From NCBI GenBank assembly GCA_964019335.1, contig OZ025731.1, positions 186,001-250,000 on the forward strand: a stretch of DNA of 64,000 bases, given 5' to 3'. Positions 9,751-21,354 of the stretch are shown here, piece by piece. Made by a program: the position numbers and the translations under genes. Below the pieces are notes generated by a model. It was not told the origin of the DNA. It searched no databases and saw only the letters and a program-made list of their open reading frames with translations. The DNA is from Diplonema japonicum (taxonomy: Eukaryota > Protista > Euglenozoa: Diplonemea). The first letter of the stretch is position 1, and each line of letters opens with the position of its first letter.

Positions 9751-10423
9751 GAAAAATCTTTGCAGGCGGATCACGTTGGAAGCACTGTCCTTGCGGAGTG
9801 GGAATTCTGCGCCGAGCGAGGAAATGATGGTGGAGATGGCAGGGCTGCGCAGGGAGCGGGACGAGGCCTTGGCGTTGATCAACGTTCAAGAAGGGAAATG
9901 GAGAAGGATCATGGAGACAGTAGAAGAACGCGATGGAGTGGTCGAGGCACTTCGCCAACAAATCGCTGTGCTACAAAAAGAGAAGCAGGCAATATTGATG
10001 CAAAGAGAAGAAGCTGCTAATTCTCGACTGTTGAGCCTCCGGAACACCGCTTACCACAGTGTCCTGACCCATATGGTAAGCCCTCCCCCGGTGTCCCCAC
10101 CAGTACTTGAGGTAGACCCCCCTGCTTTATCGCCAACAGCTTTATGGAACTCAATGCCTTATCAAGCTGTCGGTCAGTCTATCCTTGCTACACCGGCCCC
10201 AACTGTTGCCACTCCACAGTCCCCCATCCCTTCTTCCGTGAGAAAGTCAATACGGTGGACATCTCCTGCTCGTGAAAGAAACCCTGAACTTCCCAATCCC
10301 ATGGAATATCTTCCTAAATGCGAAAGTCTTGTTGCGGAGCCTGCTGCTCACGAGTATCAACGTATCCTGAAATACAACCTTGCTCGTAACCACCCCCCTG
10401 TCTCACCGCTTCCTATGCGGTAG
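7463..10423 (+). CDS. Large coiled-coil protein with N-terminal beta-hairpin (xDG) repeats and Pro-rich tail; introns 9587-9630 and 9717-9765
   Basis: Removing the two GT-AG introns (44+49 nt) replaces the poly-Phe segment with coiled-coil sequence (GTKNKDERVVVLQRELERV). Start taken at MSASPGR after an AG at 7460. Confidence 0.8.
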
Positions 10424-10678
10424 TAGCACCCCCCCTCCCCTGCTTTTCTAGCTCGAGAATTTGATCCCGAGTGCACCCCCCCTCACTAGACATGAACTTG
10501 TATTGATTTTGTTTTAGTAATTGCTGTATATCTTTCTGTTTTTTTTTTTTTTTTTTTTTTTTAATATTTCCCTTCTCCCTTATTGTACTATTCTCCCCCT
10601 CTTTTTTTTTTTTTTTTTTTTGAAAATACTCTCTCTCGATAACTCTCACAGGGTTTTTAACCCCCCCCCCCCACTGTT

Positions 10679-10942
10679 ATGGGTGCGCCGCTTCAGGATG
10701 CGCTTAACGAGCTTCATTCGCTGAGAGCGTCGAAGAGAAGGACCATTGAAGCGGACAAGCGGCTGAAAAAGATATCGCAGCACCTGCATGAGAAAGAGAT
10801 GGCCGCGGCAAAGACCGCGAGAAGATTACACGAGGAGAAAATCGAAGAAGCACACAGAAGAAAGGAAAAAGAAGCGAACAACCTGAGGCAAAAGCGGGAT
10901 GCTGCTGTCACAGAAAGGGGCTCGGCTTGCTTTTTGTACTAG
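10679..10942 (+). CDS. Small basic coiled-coil hypothetical protein (87 aa, ends CFLY)
   Basis: Island of coding-like sequence between homopolymeric spacers; possible CaaX-like end. Confidence 0.6.
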   Translation: MGAPLQDALNELHSLRASKRRTIEADKRLKKISQHLHEKEMAAAKTARRLHEEKIEEAHRRKEKEANNLRQKRDAAVTERGSACFLY

Positions 10943-11066
10943 AAGTTTTTTTTTTTTTTTTTTTTTTTTATTCTTCCGAATTTTTTTTTTTTTTTTTTCC
11001 GACTCATTTCCACCCCCTCCATTTCCGGGAAAAAAAAAAAAAAAATAAATATAACAGGAAAAAGAA

Positions 11067-11627
11067 ATGTCCCAACTAATCATACGATCGATCAGGAGCA
11101 GGGTGGTGAAACAGACCCTGCAAAGAAGATGGTGCACGAGCACCACAGAAGAGAAGGAGTTCCCCAACGTACATGCAATGCCAGACACGCTTGAAAGCCC
11201 GTTGTCTGAAACCGTACTGGAGATGCACAGGAAGGCAGAGAGAAAATGGATGGACTTCGCCGAGAAGATCAAAGCGGCAAGAGAGGAAGGAGAAGAGGCA
11301 CGATTGGCCGCAATAGACGAAGGCCTGGAACTGAGCAAAGAACTCGGGATGGACTTGAGAAGACCCGGTCACGAGGCGTCGCTGAACCTCGAAGCCGCAG
11401 AGGTTTACCAAGCAAGGGGCGACATCGACAACGCATGCGCACGAAGCATCGCGGCAGAAGACGCGTACAAACTCGACAAGGATGTTGGTGGGATGATGGA
11501 CGCTCGTTCCGAGCGGGCCTTCCTCCAGGCCAAGCTCGGACAGCTTCAGGAAGCTGAAGACGCTTTCCAGTCGATTGTTACCTGGGCACAGACTGACGGG
11601 AGGAGGGGTACCCCCATGGCGCAATCG

Positions 11628-11665
<38 letters not shown>

Positions 11666-12026
11666 CTCCATTTTTTTTTTTTTTTTTCTCAGATCGCCGA
11701 GAACCTCCAGCACACCGCACGCCTCGGGCTCGCGATTGCCAAAACAGGGCTGAAGCAAAACGAAGCCGCTCACGAGCTGCTCGGGGTTGTTCTGCCGCAC
11801 TTCGCCAATGAAAAGTATGAGGGTTGGGAAAAAAAAAAAAAAAAAAAAAAAAAAAAGTGACGTCGAGAACACCTGGACCTGCCTTGTCACAGCCGAGCAG
11901 TGCTTCAGGGGAATGGATGACCTTGTCTCTGCAAAAAAAGCCGTCGAGCGGCAAATCAACTGGGCCAAGCGGTTCAAGCTCACGGACAGGCTTCCAGAGG
12001 CAGAGGCGAGGCTGGCCGGGTTTTGA
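11067..12026 (+). CDS. TPR-like helical protein with probable mitochondrial presequence; introns 11628-11692 and 11815-11857
   Basis: Arg-rich N-terminus. Splicing joins ...PMAQS|IAENLQH...FANEN|DVENTW...LAGF* in one frame. Confidence 0.8.
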
Positions 12027-12187
12027 AAAAACAAACAAAAAGAAATAGTGTGATGCATCTCTTTTTTTTTTTTCTCCTCCCCCCTACAGCTCCTTCGATT
12101 CTTTGATCCTCGCGTCTTCAGGAAGAGGAAAAGAAGAAGAAGAAAAAAAAAAAAAAAAGGAAAAAGAAAAAAAAAAACCCCCCAATA

Positions 12188-13344
12188 ATGTCAGGGATCG
12201 GTGGTGTGCGGCCTGCAACGACACAGTTCAACCTTTTGAAATGCGTTCAAAACGGAATGGAAAAGATAACCGAGGAGAAGGGACCTAAGATACTGCTGTT
12301 GGACAAGGACACCCAGGACGCGCTGAGCATGACCTGCTCCTTCTCAGACATGCTCCAGAAGGACTTGTACCTCATCGACATGCTGTCCTCGGGCAAGCGG
12401 CAGAAGCAAGGACATCTAAAGGCGATTGTATTTGTGAGGCCGACAGACGGAAACATAGCCGATCTAAAGTCGGAGCTGAAATCGCCTCTCTATGCGGAAT
12501 ATCATTTGTACTTCACAAACATTGTAAGCGAAGACTCCCTAGCGGACATCGCAAAAGCAGATGAGTACGAGGTTGTACAAAAAGTCCACGAATTATTCTG
12601 CGATTACTTCCCCCTCCACAGCCACGCCTTTACTCTAGACATCGACCGTCCTCTGGTAACGGGGAAGGACATCGGCGATGCCTCAATGCGATGTGTTGAA
12701 GGTCTGCAAAGTATTCTCCTGTCGATCAGGAGAAAGCCGACAATACGGTTTCAGAAGAACAGCGAAGCCTGTAGAGGGATCGCGGAAGGGTTGGCTCGAA
12801 AGATGAAAGAAGAAGCGGTTCTGTTCGATTTCCGAAAAAGCGACGAATGCACCGCCTTGATAGTCGACCGGTCGAGCGATCTCATCACACCTCTACTTAC
12901 ACAGTGGACCTACGAGGCCATGGTTCACGAAGAGTTCAGAATCTGTAAAGCGAAAGCGCGCGTCCCTGTCGAATCTGGAAAGATAGAGGACATGAACCTC
13001 GCGCCGTCGTTCGATAGTTTTTGGTCGGAAAATGTTCACGCGAACTGGGGAGATTTGTGCGTGGCCGTGAAGAACATCGTGGAGTCGTACAAGGAGAAAT
13101 CTTCTTCGGCGGAAAGCAAGGACAGCAAGACAGCAAACCTGGAAGACCTCAAAAAATTCATGGACAAGATCCCAGAGCTTCGGAAGGACTCGATCGCGAT
13201 GGGGAAACATACAAGTGTGTTTTAAAAAAAACTTTTTTGTTAAAGAAAAAAAAAAATAGGTATAGCAGCAGAACTTGGTAGATTGATACGAACGAGAAAG
13301 CTACTGGAAGTCTCATCGTTGGAGCAAGACATGGTAAAAAAAAA

Positions 13345-13379
<35 letters not shown>

Positions 13380-14049
13380 TCTGCAGCAATACACACAAAG
13401 AGCATGTCGAGCGTCTGTACAGCCTTCTCGACGATGAACGGATTGCGGTGACGGACTTGCTTCGATTGGTTTTATTGTACACAATTAGGTGGGAAAAGAG
13501 CAAGGATAACCAAGCAGACAAGTTCAAGGAACGGCTAGTGGCGAGAGGTCTGAGCTCCAGACACGAAAAAGCCTTCAACCAAGTACTTAAGTACGGCGGC
13601 TCTCACGTCAATGGTGGGCTCATCGATGATGAGAAGAAACTGTCCAATATCCTGCGGGCTGCTGTGAAGGGGATGCAGGACGTGGAAAATATATACACGC
13701 AGCACGACCCCAACTTGAAGAAAATAATCCAAAACGCCATTAAAGGAAAGCTATCTTTTGAGTCCTTTCCATCCGTATCAACGCAACAGGCGCAACCAGT
13801 ATGGAGATGGTGGAAAAAAAAAAAAAAAAAAGGTTTCTCCTGGAAAGTTAAAGGAATTCATAATCTTCCTCGTTGGCGGCGTGACTTATGAGGTATTGAT
13901 TAAGAAAAAAAAAAAAAAAAAGAAAAAAAAAATTCCAGGAAACCAAAATCGCTGCAACGCTTATGTCGGAGATTCCCGGGCTGCGCATTGTTATAGGAGG
14001 AACCGATGTGCTTCGCACCACGGATGTGATAGATGTGTTGTCACATTGA
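12188..14049 (+). CDS. VPS45: Sec1/Munc18 family vacuolar sorting protein 45; introns 13215-13259, 13334-13378, 13799-13832, 13893-13938
   Basis: KILLLD, HLKAIVFVRPT, DLITPLLTQWTYEAMVHE. After splicing: KHTSIAAEL...LLEVSSLEQDMVC, ENIYTQH, IIFLVGGVTYEE, IVIGGT. Confidence 0.93.
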
Positions 14050-14435
14050 TAGAGATGCTGAGAACGATACAACTCAGAAGACCAAAAAAAGAAGAAGAAA
14101 AAAAAAAAAAAAAAAGAGTGTTACTTGTATTAAAAAAAGAAAAAAAAAGAAAAGTGTTTTTATCTTTTTTTTTTTTTTTTTTTTACCTGTCTTTCCCTTT
14201 CGCTCTTGGTACACCCCCCTTTTTTTTATCTTTATGTTTGTCTTTCCCTTTCCACATCTCTAGCCTATTTTTTTATTTTTATTTTTATTTTTTCTTGCTT
14301 CAGTTAAAAGAACTTATAACCACACTTTTGATTGTGTTTTTTTTTCTTCTTCTCCCCCCCCCCCCCCCCCCCAGAATTCGGGAGCTGCGAAAAAACTAAT
14401 TGAGGGCCACAACAGAGTTATCTCAACTGGTGTAC

Positions 14436-15812
14436 CAGCAGACAGTTGAGTCGCTTCCATTTCTCGTTGATACTTGTGAAGTGAATTATGCTTCTGCGAG
14501 AGGTGTGGTAAGACGAATCCCCAGATGAACAGGACTTTGGTGTCTTCGGGTGTCTTGTTGCAGGGACGAAGTGTGGAAAGGTTCCCACCACCCTTGCATC
14601 GCTCTGCTCTGTTCACGACCTTCACCCGTACAGATGACAGATGAACTACAGGGGGAGATACCTTTACCCCCCAGTGCATAATAAAGACAACATGATGAGG
14701 ACTATTCCTTCAAACGTTTCCTGTTAGCTTGATCGACCAAGATGACACATTTTAACACTCAGCTCACTCTGATGATTTGGGAGGAGAGAACGAAGAAACA
14801 TGATGACAGAAATCTGGATCCAATACGGACGACCCCCTTTTTTTTAAAAAAAAAATGGGCCCGGCTGAAAGATAAACCCTTATTTCAAAACCGAGCTTTT
14901 TAACAGCCTGATTCACTTTCTCTTTTCCAAAGGTAGAAAAATCCCAGCAGACAGTTGAGTCGCTTCCATTTCTCGTTGATACTTGTGAAGTGAATTATGC
15001 TTCTGCGAGAGGTGTCATTATTTATTTTATTTCACTCTTCAGAAATTACTTCACGCACTGGGGGCCCATTACTTCACGCTAAGTCTCATTACTTCACGGT
15101 GAAATAATGGCCTGTTTTCCGTGAAGTAATAGGGGGTTTCCGTTAAGCTCGGTAGGCCGATTTTTGCCTCGGTTCGGTTCTACTTTTTCCTCTCAGTTTG
15201 CTATTTCCCCCCAGGTTCAGCTCAATTGGCCAACTTTTGCCTCGGCTCAGTTCCAAGTTGGACTACTTTTTCCCAGTTTCTGGGGGTAACTCTTCTGTGG
15301 GTAAGGGTAACTTAGTCAGCTTACCCAAGCTCCCCAAAAGACTTCAAAATACCGAAGCAGCAGAAAAAAAGGAGCCAGCGGCCGCGCTAGGTATGGGAAG
15401 GCCTGATTAGAGATGGTGACAGTGGCAATGCCAGCGACAGCGGCAGCTACAAAAGGAGGAAAAACAACTTGTATTGTAACCTTTGTAACCCCTCTCTTCC
15501 CTTGTCACCCTGTTGTGCCCCTCGTGGTGAAGTAATTTCAGAGTGTCGTGAAATAAAACCACTTACCTACCGCCAAGTAATGCTTTACCGAGCTCTCGGT
15601 TCCACATTTTACCGTCGAGGGCCCTGCTGGACGGTAAAATGCGGAACCTCGAGGTAACGGTAAAGTCATTACTTGTTGGCAGTAAATAGCTATTGTTTTC
15701 TTTTCTTCTTTTCCTGGCGAAACACACATGATGACAAACCCAAACCCATCGGTGTGTACGAATTCTGATCTTCTGAATTGAGGACAACTTCTTCTTTCGA
15801 CGGGCGGACTGA
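14436..15812 (+). ncRNA. snoRNA cluster 3 (AGA-1, X, AGA-3, CD-3, CD-2, AGA-1, [element insertion], CD-1)
   Basis: 14436-14935 closely repeats 5505-6005; interrupted at ~15021-15694 by a mobile element. Confidence 0.88.
15025..15694 (+). mobile_element. Non-autonomous Helentron/Helitron2-like element, full-length copy 2
   Basis: 5' terminal TTTTATTTCACTCTTCAGAAATTACTTCAC; inverted subterminal partner at 15527-15558; ~110-nt imperfect hairpin 15572-15680; end ...AAATAGCTATT. Empty site visible at 2221-2260; no clear TSD. Confidence 0.75.
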
Positions 15813-15960
15813 CCTTTTCTACCAAGCTTTCTTCTTTCTCATTGGCCCTGAACTGATGACTGGTTTTCCCGACAAGTAAACTAACATGGGGCGGGCTTGT
15901 TGTGGATTTAACCGCTAAAACAGATACACGCTGAGAAAAAAAGAGAAAAAGAAACCAACA

Positions 15961-16974
15961 ATGCAGATGCTGTACCTTGCTCTTTTCGCTGTGGGTGTGG
16001 CGGTATCGGAAGGAACGGAGCAGAACGCGCAGGAGGACCGTGTCGGGGAGAAGGTGGCGGAGGATGTGTCGAAGGGGGCAGTGAGCGCGAACATGCTCGG
16101 GGGGACCTTGTGGGATTGGGACCGATGCGTGGCGGAGCCGTGCAAGGAAGGGGAGGGGGACTGCGACTCGGATGCGGAGTGCAAGGCTGGGCTGACGTGC
16201 GGGCACAACAACTGCAAGACGATGCACCCTGCGGAGGCGGACCTGTACATGACGTACGCGGACTGCTGCGAGGTGATGCAGCCCTTCCACCTGGACTACT
16301 GTCAGGAGAAGCCTGGCTGTGGGTTCGGGGTCGGGGACTGCGACGACGACGACCAATGCGGAGCAGGGCTGGTGTGCGGGTACAACAACTGCAGGGCGAT
16401 GCACGCGAGGACGGACCCCGTGTTGATCCACCACAGAGCCGACTGCTGCACAACTTGCGCGGCTGTGACTGTGGTGCTGGACGGGATCCCCACCCCTCAA
16501 CCCCCGATGTCCTTCGTCGGCGGGAAGCTCGTGACAGCTGAGAGGACGCTCGCGAACCCTCCGAGTGTGCTGGCGGGGTCCGTGGTCCACAGCCTCCCGT
16601 CCCTCTTGTCCGACGATGAGATCAAGCTGGAGTGCTGTGCGAAGAAGAACACCCCGTGCAACTTCTTCGTTGCGGTCTACCACTGCCCCCCTTGCTCCGC
16701 CACCGCCAACGGCGGCATCCCCAACTTCCTCGCTTCCCAAGGATGGAGCGGCTCCTCCTGCGCTCCGATCTTCACCCCCGCTGGCTCCTCGCAAGCCCAG
16801 ACCATGACGGTCTTCCAGAAGACCCTCCAGGCGGGCGAGGACCTCACCATCCCCCTCTCCACAGCTGCCCCTCATGTTGCCGTCTTCACCACCACTGGGG
16901 GTGTCGGGGATTGGTGCCCCAACAGGGTGGCCACCGGCACCAAGGGTCCCAACAGACCTTGCGTGTGCCTTTGA
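15961..16974 (+). CDS. Secreted Cys-rich protein, copy 2
   Basis: Protein identical to 3380-4393. Confidence 0.9.
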   Translation: MQMLYLALFAVGVAVSEGTEQNAQEDRVGEKVAEDVSKGAVSANMLGGTLWDWDRCVAEPCKEGEGDCDSDAECKAGLTCGHNNCKTMHPAEADLYMTYADCCEVMQPFHLDYCQEKPGCGFGVGDCDDDDQCGAGLVCGYNNCRAMHARTDPVLIHHRADCCTTCAAVTVVLDGIPTPQPPMSFVGGKLVTAERTLANPPSVLAGSVVHSLPSLLSDDEIKLECCAKKNTPCNFFVAVYHCPPCSATANGGIPNFLASQGWSGSSCAPIFTPAGSSQAQTMTVFQKTLQAGEDLTIPLSTAAPHVAVFTTTGGVGDWCPNRVATGTKGPNRPCVCL

Positions 16975-17327
16975 GAGGGAGGGAGAGAGGGAGAGAGAGT
17001 GAGGCGTGCCAAATAGAGTTTCTGAAAACCCTTTCTCCCCCGTTCGTCTTCTCTCAGCAGAAGGGCGGCAGTGGAGAAAACCTTTATTCTATGATTTATC
17101 ATTCCTCTGGAATGTCCCTTTTCTTTCTTTCTTTTTTTTTCTTTCTCATTTACTTACCTAAGTTAACTTCCTCTCTTCTTTTTTTCTGCCGCACGAAGCA
17201 GCAGGGATTTGTTGATGGAGCTTCCAAAAAAAATGCGAAAGCTACTGCGCCCCTGTTCTCTTCTTCTATTCCCCCCTCTCCCCTACGCCGAAGTTATGCA
17301 AACAAACAGGTATCTAGCTCCAGAACA

Positions 17328-20300
17328 ATGGTCGCGATGAAGGGGTACTGCATAGGAAAGGTGCTCGGGTCGGGTTCCTTTGGGTCGGTGAGGCAGGCGA
17401 AGAAGGACGGGGTGACGTACGCCATAAAATTTCTGAAGGGTGAATCACATCTCGAAGCGAACAAAGGGCTAGAAGAGGCGATGCTGCTGAGCGCCATGCA
17501 ACACCCGAACATTGTGAAATTCCACAACGTGTTCCTCACGGGAACCTGCGTGTGCATTGTGATGACCCTGTATGAGGGAACCCTGACAGATTTACTGGCG
17601 CATCAGACCAAACAAGGCAACAGGGGCTTAAACGAAACGACAGTGCGGCGAATGCTAAGCGACGTTTGCAGTGGGCTGTCATACTTACACAACAAGCAAA
17701 AAGTGATTCACCGCGATGTAAAACTGGACAATATTCTTGTTGAGAGCAGAGGCGACAAAAAGATTTTCGTTCTCGGGGACCTCGGTGTAGGAAGAAAGGT
17801 CTCGAGTGAAGAAGAACTGATGAAAACCGAAACAGGAACCGTCTTCTTCATGGCACCGGAATGTCCCGTCGTTGGTGGTGAAGGCTACCATTTCGCGTCG
17901 GACTTGTTTTCAGCAGGGGTAACAGCTTGCCTGTGTTTGTTCGGGATGTCCGTGATGCTCGGCGACAAGATCAACAACCTTCGCGCAAGCACGGCGAAAC
18001 GAGAAGCTGTGTACTTTGAAGTTAAAAAGCTTCTCGACAACTACCTCACCAACAAGGTTCTCAGTGTTGTAATCTGGGGACTGCTGCACCCCGACCAAAA
18101 CAAGAGAATGACCAGCTCACGCGTTCTCGCAATGTTCGGCGGCCCGCAAAACGAAAACGATGAACTCGGAATCGAGTCCACCGACGGAACACTCGAGGAG
18201 TTCAGGACGAAACTACACTCTACAAAAAACAAACTAGAAACAACCGACATCATGCTTCTAGACGAGGAGGACGTGGTAGCGCAGGCAACCACACTGCGCG
18301 CACGTATTAAAACCGAGTTCGGCAGCACACAAGAAGCGGTGTTGGAAAAATTGCGGGAGAGGGAAACACAACTCCTCCAAGAGGTAGAACAGTGGGAAAG
18401 CGAAGGAAGGGAAAAAGCACGCGCCTGCAGCAAGCAAAAAGAAACCATCCGCTCTCTCACGAAAACAGCGGCCGTCCTGCTACGCAGCGTGCCCTCTCGC
18501 GCAAAAGAAATCCACACGGCTGCAGCAGAACTAGAAAAGCAAGCCGAAGCAGCCACAGTGTTGAACCCCGAACTACAGGCCCACCACGACCTGACTCTGA
18601 CAACACCTCCCAGCGATACAATTCTGCACAGCGTGCAACAGTACACATCCGCTTCAATGGTTCAACCACACAATACAGCCTTCTCCCTCATGCTGCAGAG
18701 AGACACACTCAAAGCGGAATGGCTGGAAGGCTTCGAGTACATACTACTTTCTGCCAACAAGAACCGCACATGGATCCACCAACGCGCCTCAATCAACACA
18801 CTCCAAACAAATGAGGAATCCAACAGAACTGAAATCGAAACACAGCGACAGCAGGATCTAGAAGGGTTCCTCTCGAACATGCAGATCGATGTCAAATACT
18901 GCGACCTCGAGATGCTTTCAAAGACACACGACAAGACTACTCTCCCGAAATCCCTTGTAATCGATTTCACAGAAGCGCCTGAAGTGTATGTGGCTAAAGA
19001 GCATGTTACGGGCTTCCATCATGTAAAGCTGAAGGGTGTTCAAAGCAATATTTCAAACGGGTTCTTAGCGGACTCGCAGGAGATGAAATCGTTGACGGTT
19101 TCCCTCGACCGGGCCGTGAGCATCGGCGACAAATTTTTGACGAAATGCGGGGGTTTGTTGTCGGTTGCGCTCGCCGGTTCTGGAAGCGTCACCGGAATCG
19201 GCGACAGAGCGTGCGAGGACTGCAGCAAGCTCGAAAAGATCGAATTCAACGTCGCCGTCAACGCAGTTAAAATCGACAATTTTTTCATGACGCGATGCAG
19301 CTCGCTGAGAAGCATCGATCTCGGTGTCTTCTCAAACGTAAGATCCATCGGTGACTTCTTTCTGTACGGGTGCCGTTCACTCCATGAAATCGATCTTTCC
19401 GCGTGTGTTAACGTGACAACTATCGGCGCGTCATTTCTCGACGAATGCAGCGGTTTAAAAAGCATAGACCTCAGCGCGTTTGGCAACGTGGAGGTCATCG
19501 GCGATGACTTTTTATGCAGGTGCGGAGCATTGGAAAAAGTTTCCATGGCGGAGTTCGCACGCACAACCGTGATCGGAAATTCATTTTTGAACAGTTGTAC
19601 AGAACTTCTCAACATCGATATTGCGTCATTCACGCGCGTGTCGCACGTCGGGAAGGAGTTTTTAAGAGGATGCGAGAAGCTGGAACATGTTGATCTCAGC
19701 ACGTTGAAAACCATTACTGTTATAAACGATTACTTTCTGTGTGAATGCCGTTCGCTTCGAAACGTCAGCGGTCTGTCTTCCCTCACACGTGTGACAGCAG
19801 TTGGGATCAATTTTCTGTGCGGGTGTGAACGCTTACAGCATGTTGATTTGTCATCCTTCACCAACGTTACTGAGGTTGGAGACGATTTCCTCTGTCGCTG
19901 CGATGCCCTGCAAAGGGTCGACCTTCGTTCGTTTCGAAAGGTTAACGCTGTCGGGAATTCGTTTTTGTCGATGTGCCGTTCTCTGGACGAGATAGACTTG
20001 ACCGCCTTGCAGGACGTTACGGTGATAAAGAGCTTTTTTCTATACGGGTGTGTATCCCTTAAAACGATTAATTTGAACGGTTTGGGCCGTGTTACTGAGA
20101 TCAAACACTCATTCCTCGCAAAATGCAGTTCCCTTACCGAAATTGATCTCAAGGTCTTTGTCAACGTTGCTGTCATTGGGGGGTCATTCATGTCCGGGTG
20201 TTTCAAGCTGCGGAGGGTCGACACCACCGTGTTCCAGAAGAATATTGAGATCGGGGATGGGTCCTGGTTCGGGCGCTCTGATCCTGTCGGTGACAATATA

Positions 20301-20354
20301 CTGGCTGTGAAGTCGTTGTTCTTTTCCAACCCCCTCCAAGGCTGGGTTCCCTAG
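17328..20354 (+). CDS. Ser/Thr kinase (NEK-like) - coiled coil - BspA-type leucine-rich repeat fusion, intronless
   Basis: GSGSFG, YAIK, HRDVKLDN, DLG and MAPE motifs, then about 17 repeats of ~23 aa (IGxxFLxxCxxLxxIDLSxFxNV). True start is MVAMKGY, not 16632. Confidence 0.88.
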   Translation: MVAMKGYCIGKVLGSGSFGSVRQAKKDGVTYAIKFLKGESHLEANKGLEEAMLLSAMQHPNIVKFHNVFLTGTCVCIVMTLYEGTLTDLLAHQTKQGNRGLNETTVRRMLSDVCSGLSYLHNKQKVIHRDVKLDNILVESRGDKKIFVLGDLGVGRKVSSEEELMKTETGTVFFMAPECPVVGGEGYHFASDLFSAGVTACLCLFGMSVMLGDKINNLRASTAKREAVYFEVKKLLDNYLTNKVLSVVIWGLLHPDQNKRMTSSRVLAMFGGPQNENDELGIESTDGTLEEFRTKLHSTKNKLETTDIMLLDEEDVVAQATTLRARIKTEFGSTQEAVLEKLRERETQLLQEVEQWESEGREKARACSKQKETIRSLTKTAAVLLRSVPSRAKEIHTAAAELEKQAEAATVLNPELQAHHDLTLTTPPSDTILHSVQQYTSASMVQPHNTAFSLMLQRDTLKAEWLEGFEYILLSANKNRTWIHQRASINTLQTNEESNRTEIETQRQQDLEGFLSNMQIDVKYCDLEMLSKTHDKTTLPKSLVIDFTEAPEVYVAKEHVTGFHHVKLKGVQSNISNGFLADSQEMKSLTVSLDRAVSIGDKFLTKCGGLLSVALAGSGSVTGIGDRACEDCSKLEKIEFNVAVNAVKIDNFFMTRCSSLRSIDLGVFSNVRSIGDFFLYGCRSLHEIDLSACVNVTTIGASFLDECSGLKSIDLSAFGNVEVIGDDFLCRCGALEKVSMAEFARTTVIGNSFLNSCTELLNIDIASFTRVSHVGKEFLRGCEKLEHVDLSTLKTITVINDYFLCECRSLRNVSGLSSLTRVTAVGINFLCGCERLQHVDLSSFTNVTEVGDDFLCRCDALQRVDLRSFRKVNAVGNSFLSMCRSLDEIDLTALQDVTVIKSFFLYGCVSLKTINLNGLGRVTEIKHSFLAKCSSLTEIDLKVFVNVAVIGGSFMSGCFKLRRVDTTVFQKNIEIGDGSWFGRSDPVGDNILAVKSLFFSNPLQGWVP

Positions 20355-21158
20355 GTCCATCCCTTTTTATAAATTCTTCTTCTTTTTTTTTTTTAGGAAC
20401 ATAAAACCATGGGGGAGAATCCGAGTTTTTTTTTTCTTCAGAAAAAAGCAAGAGCCATAGAGATCAAAATGCACGTATTTCAAGGAGAGAAAAGAAAACT
20501 CGGGCGTGCCCACCGGACGAGCTCAGATAAGAAAAAGGGAAGGAGAAAAGAAGGGTGAAGAAAAAAAGTGTAGCTTTTTTTTTAATCCTCCCTGAATTAA
20601 ATAACACACACACACACACACCTTTACTGGGGGGTTTGCAGAATGAATTTTACTGAAACGAATTTTTTTTTTCTCTTTTCTTTTTTCTATTTGAGCCCCC
20701 TCCCCCCCCCCCCCCCACCTCCCCCATTTTAGTTAGTTGTGGGTAGAAGGTTAAGCTTTAGCCTTTTTTAAAAAAAAAAAAAGAAGAATGGCCTTTCGCC
20801 CCTCTTGCCAGGTAGCCTAGAACGGAAGGTCGAAGGGAAAAATTAAAGGAAATAATAATAATAATAAATAAGGAAGTTATATTTTTGTACACAACAGCAG
20901 CAAACTCTCCTTTTCATGACAAAGAGATTACTTGTAAAACACCCATCACTGCATATTTATCTTTCAAAAAAAAATGATTTTATAACTATATGCAACTTGT
21001 GCCGAGCAAAAAAAAAAAAAAAGAAAAAAAAAAAAAAAACCCCTTCACAGCTTTTAAAAAACCTTTTTTTTTGCTCGTGCGAACAACAAAAAGACATATA
21101 GTCATAAAGAATTATTTTTCTTTTTTGATAACTGCCCTTTTGACAACACAAACACAAA

Positions 21159-21190
<32 letters not shown>

Positions 21191-21354
21191 CCGAGCGACC
21201 GATTCAATGAAGCTTTTTTTTTTTTTTTTTTTGTTTCTTCTCCCCCCCTTTTTTTTTGTTTCTTTTTCTTAGGCTTTGCTATCCCACATTGCTATTTTTT
21301 TTTTTTTCCTACTCTATATTCCTTCTACACAGGGAACAAAAAAAAAAAAAAAAA

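Noticed and set aside
13223-13225. Premature stops, frameshifts or alternative genetic code in VPS45, PLK, NAA15, PP2C
   Set aside because: All are resolved by canonical GT-AG introns under the standard code.
16632-17327. N-terminal extension of the 1240-aa ORF
   Set aside because: Alternative frame of the Cys-rich gene plus its 3' flank; the same sequence at 4051-4626 leads nowhere.
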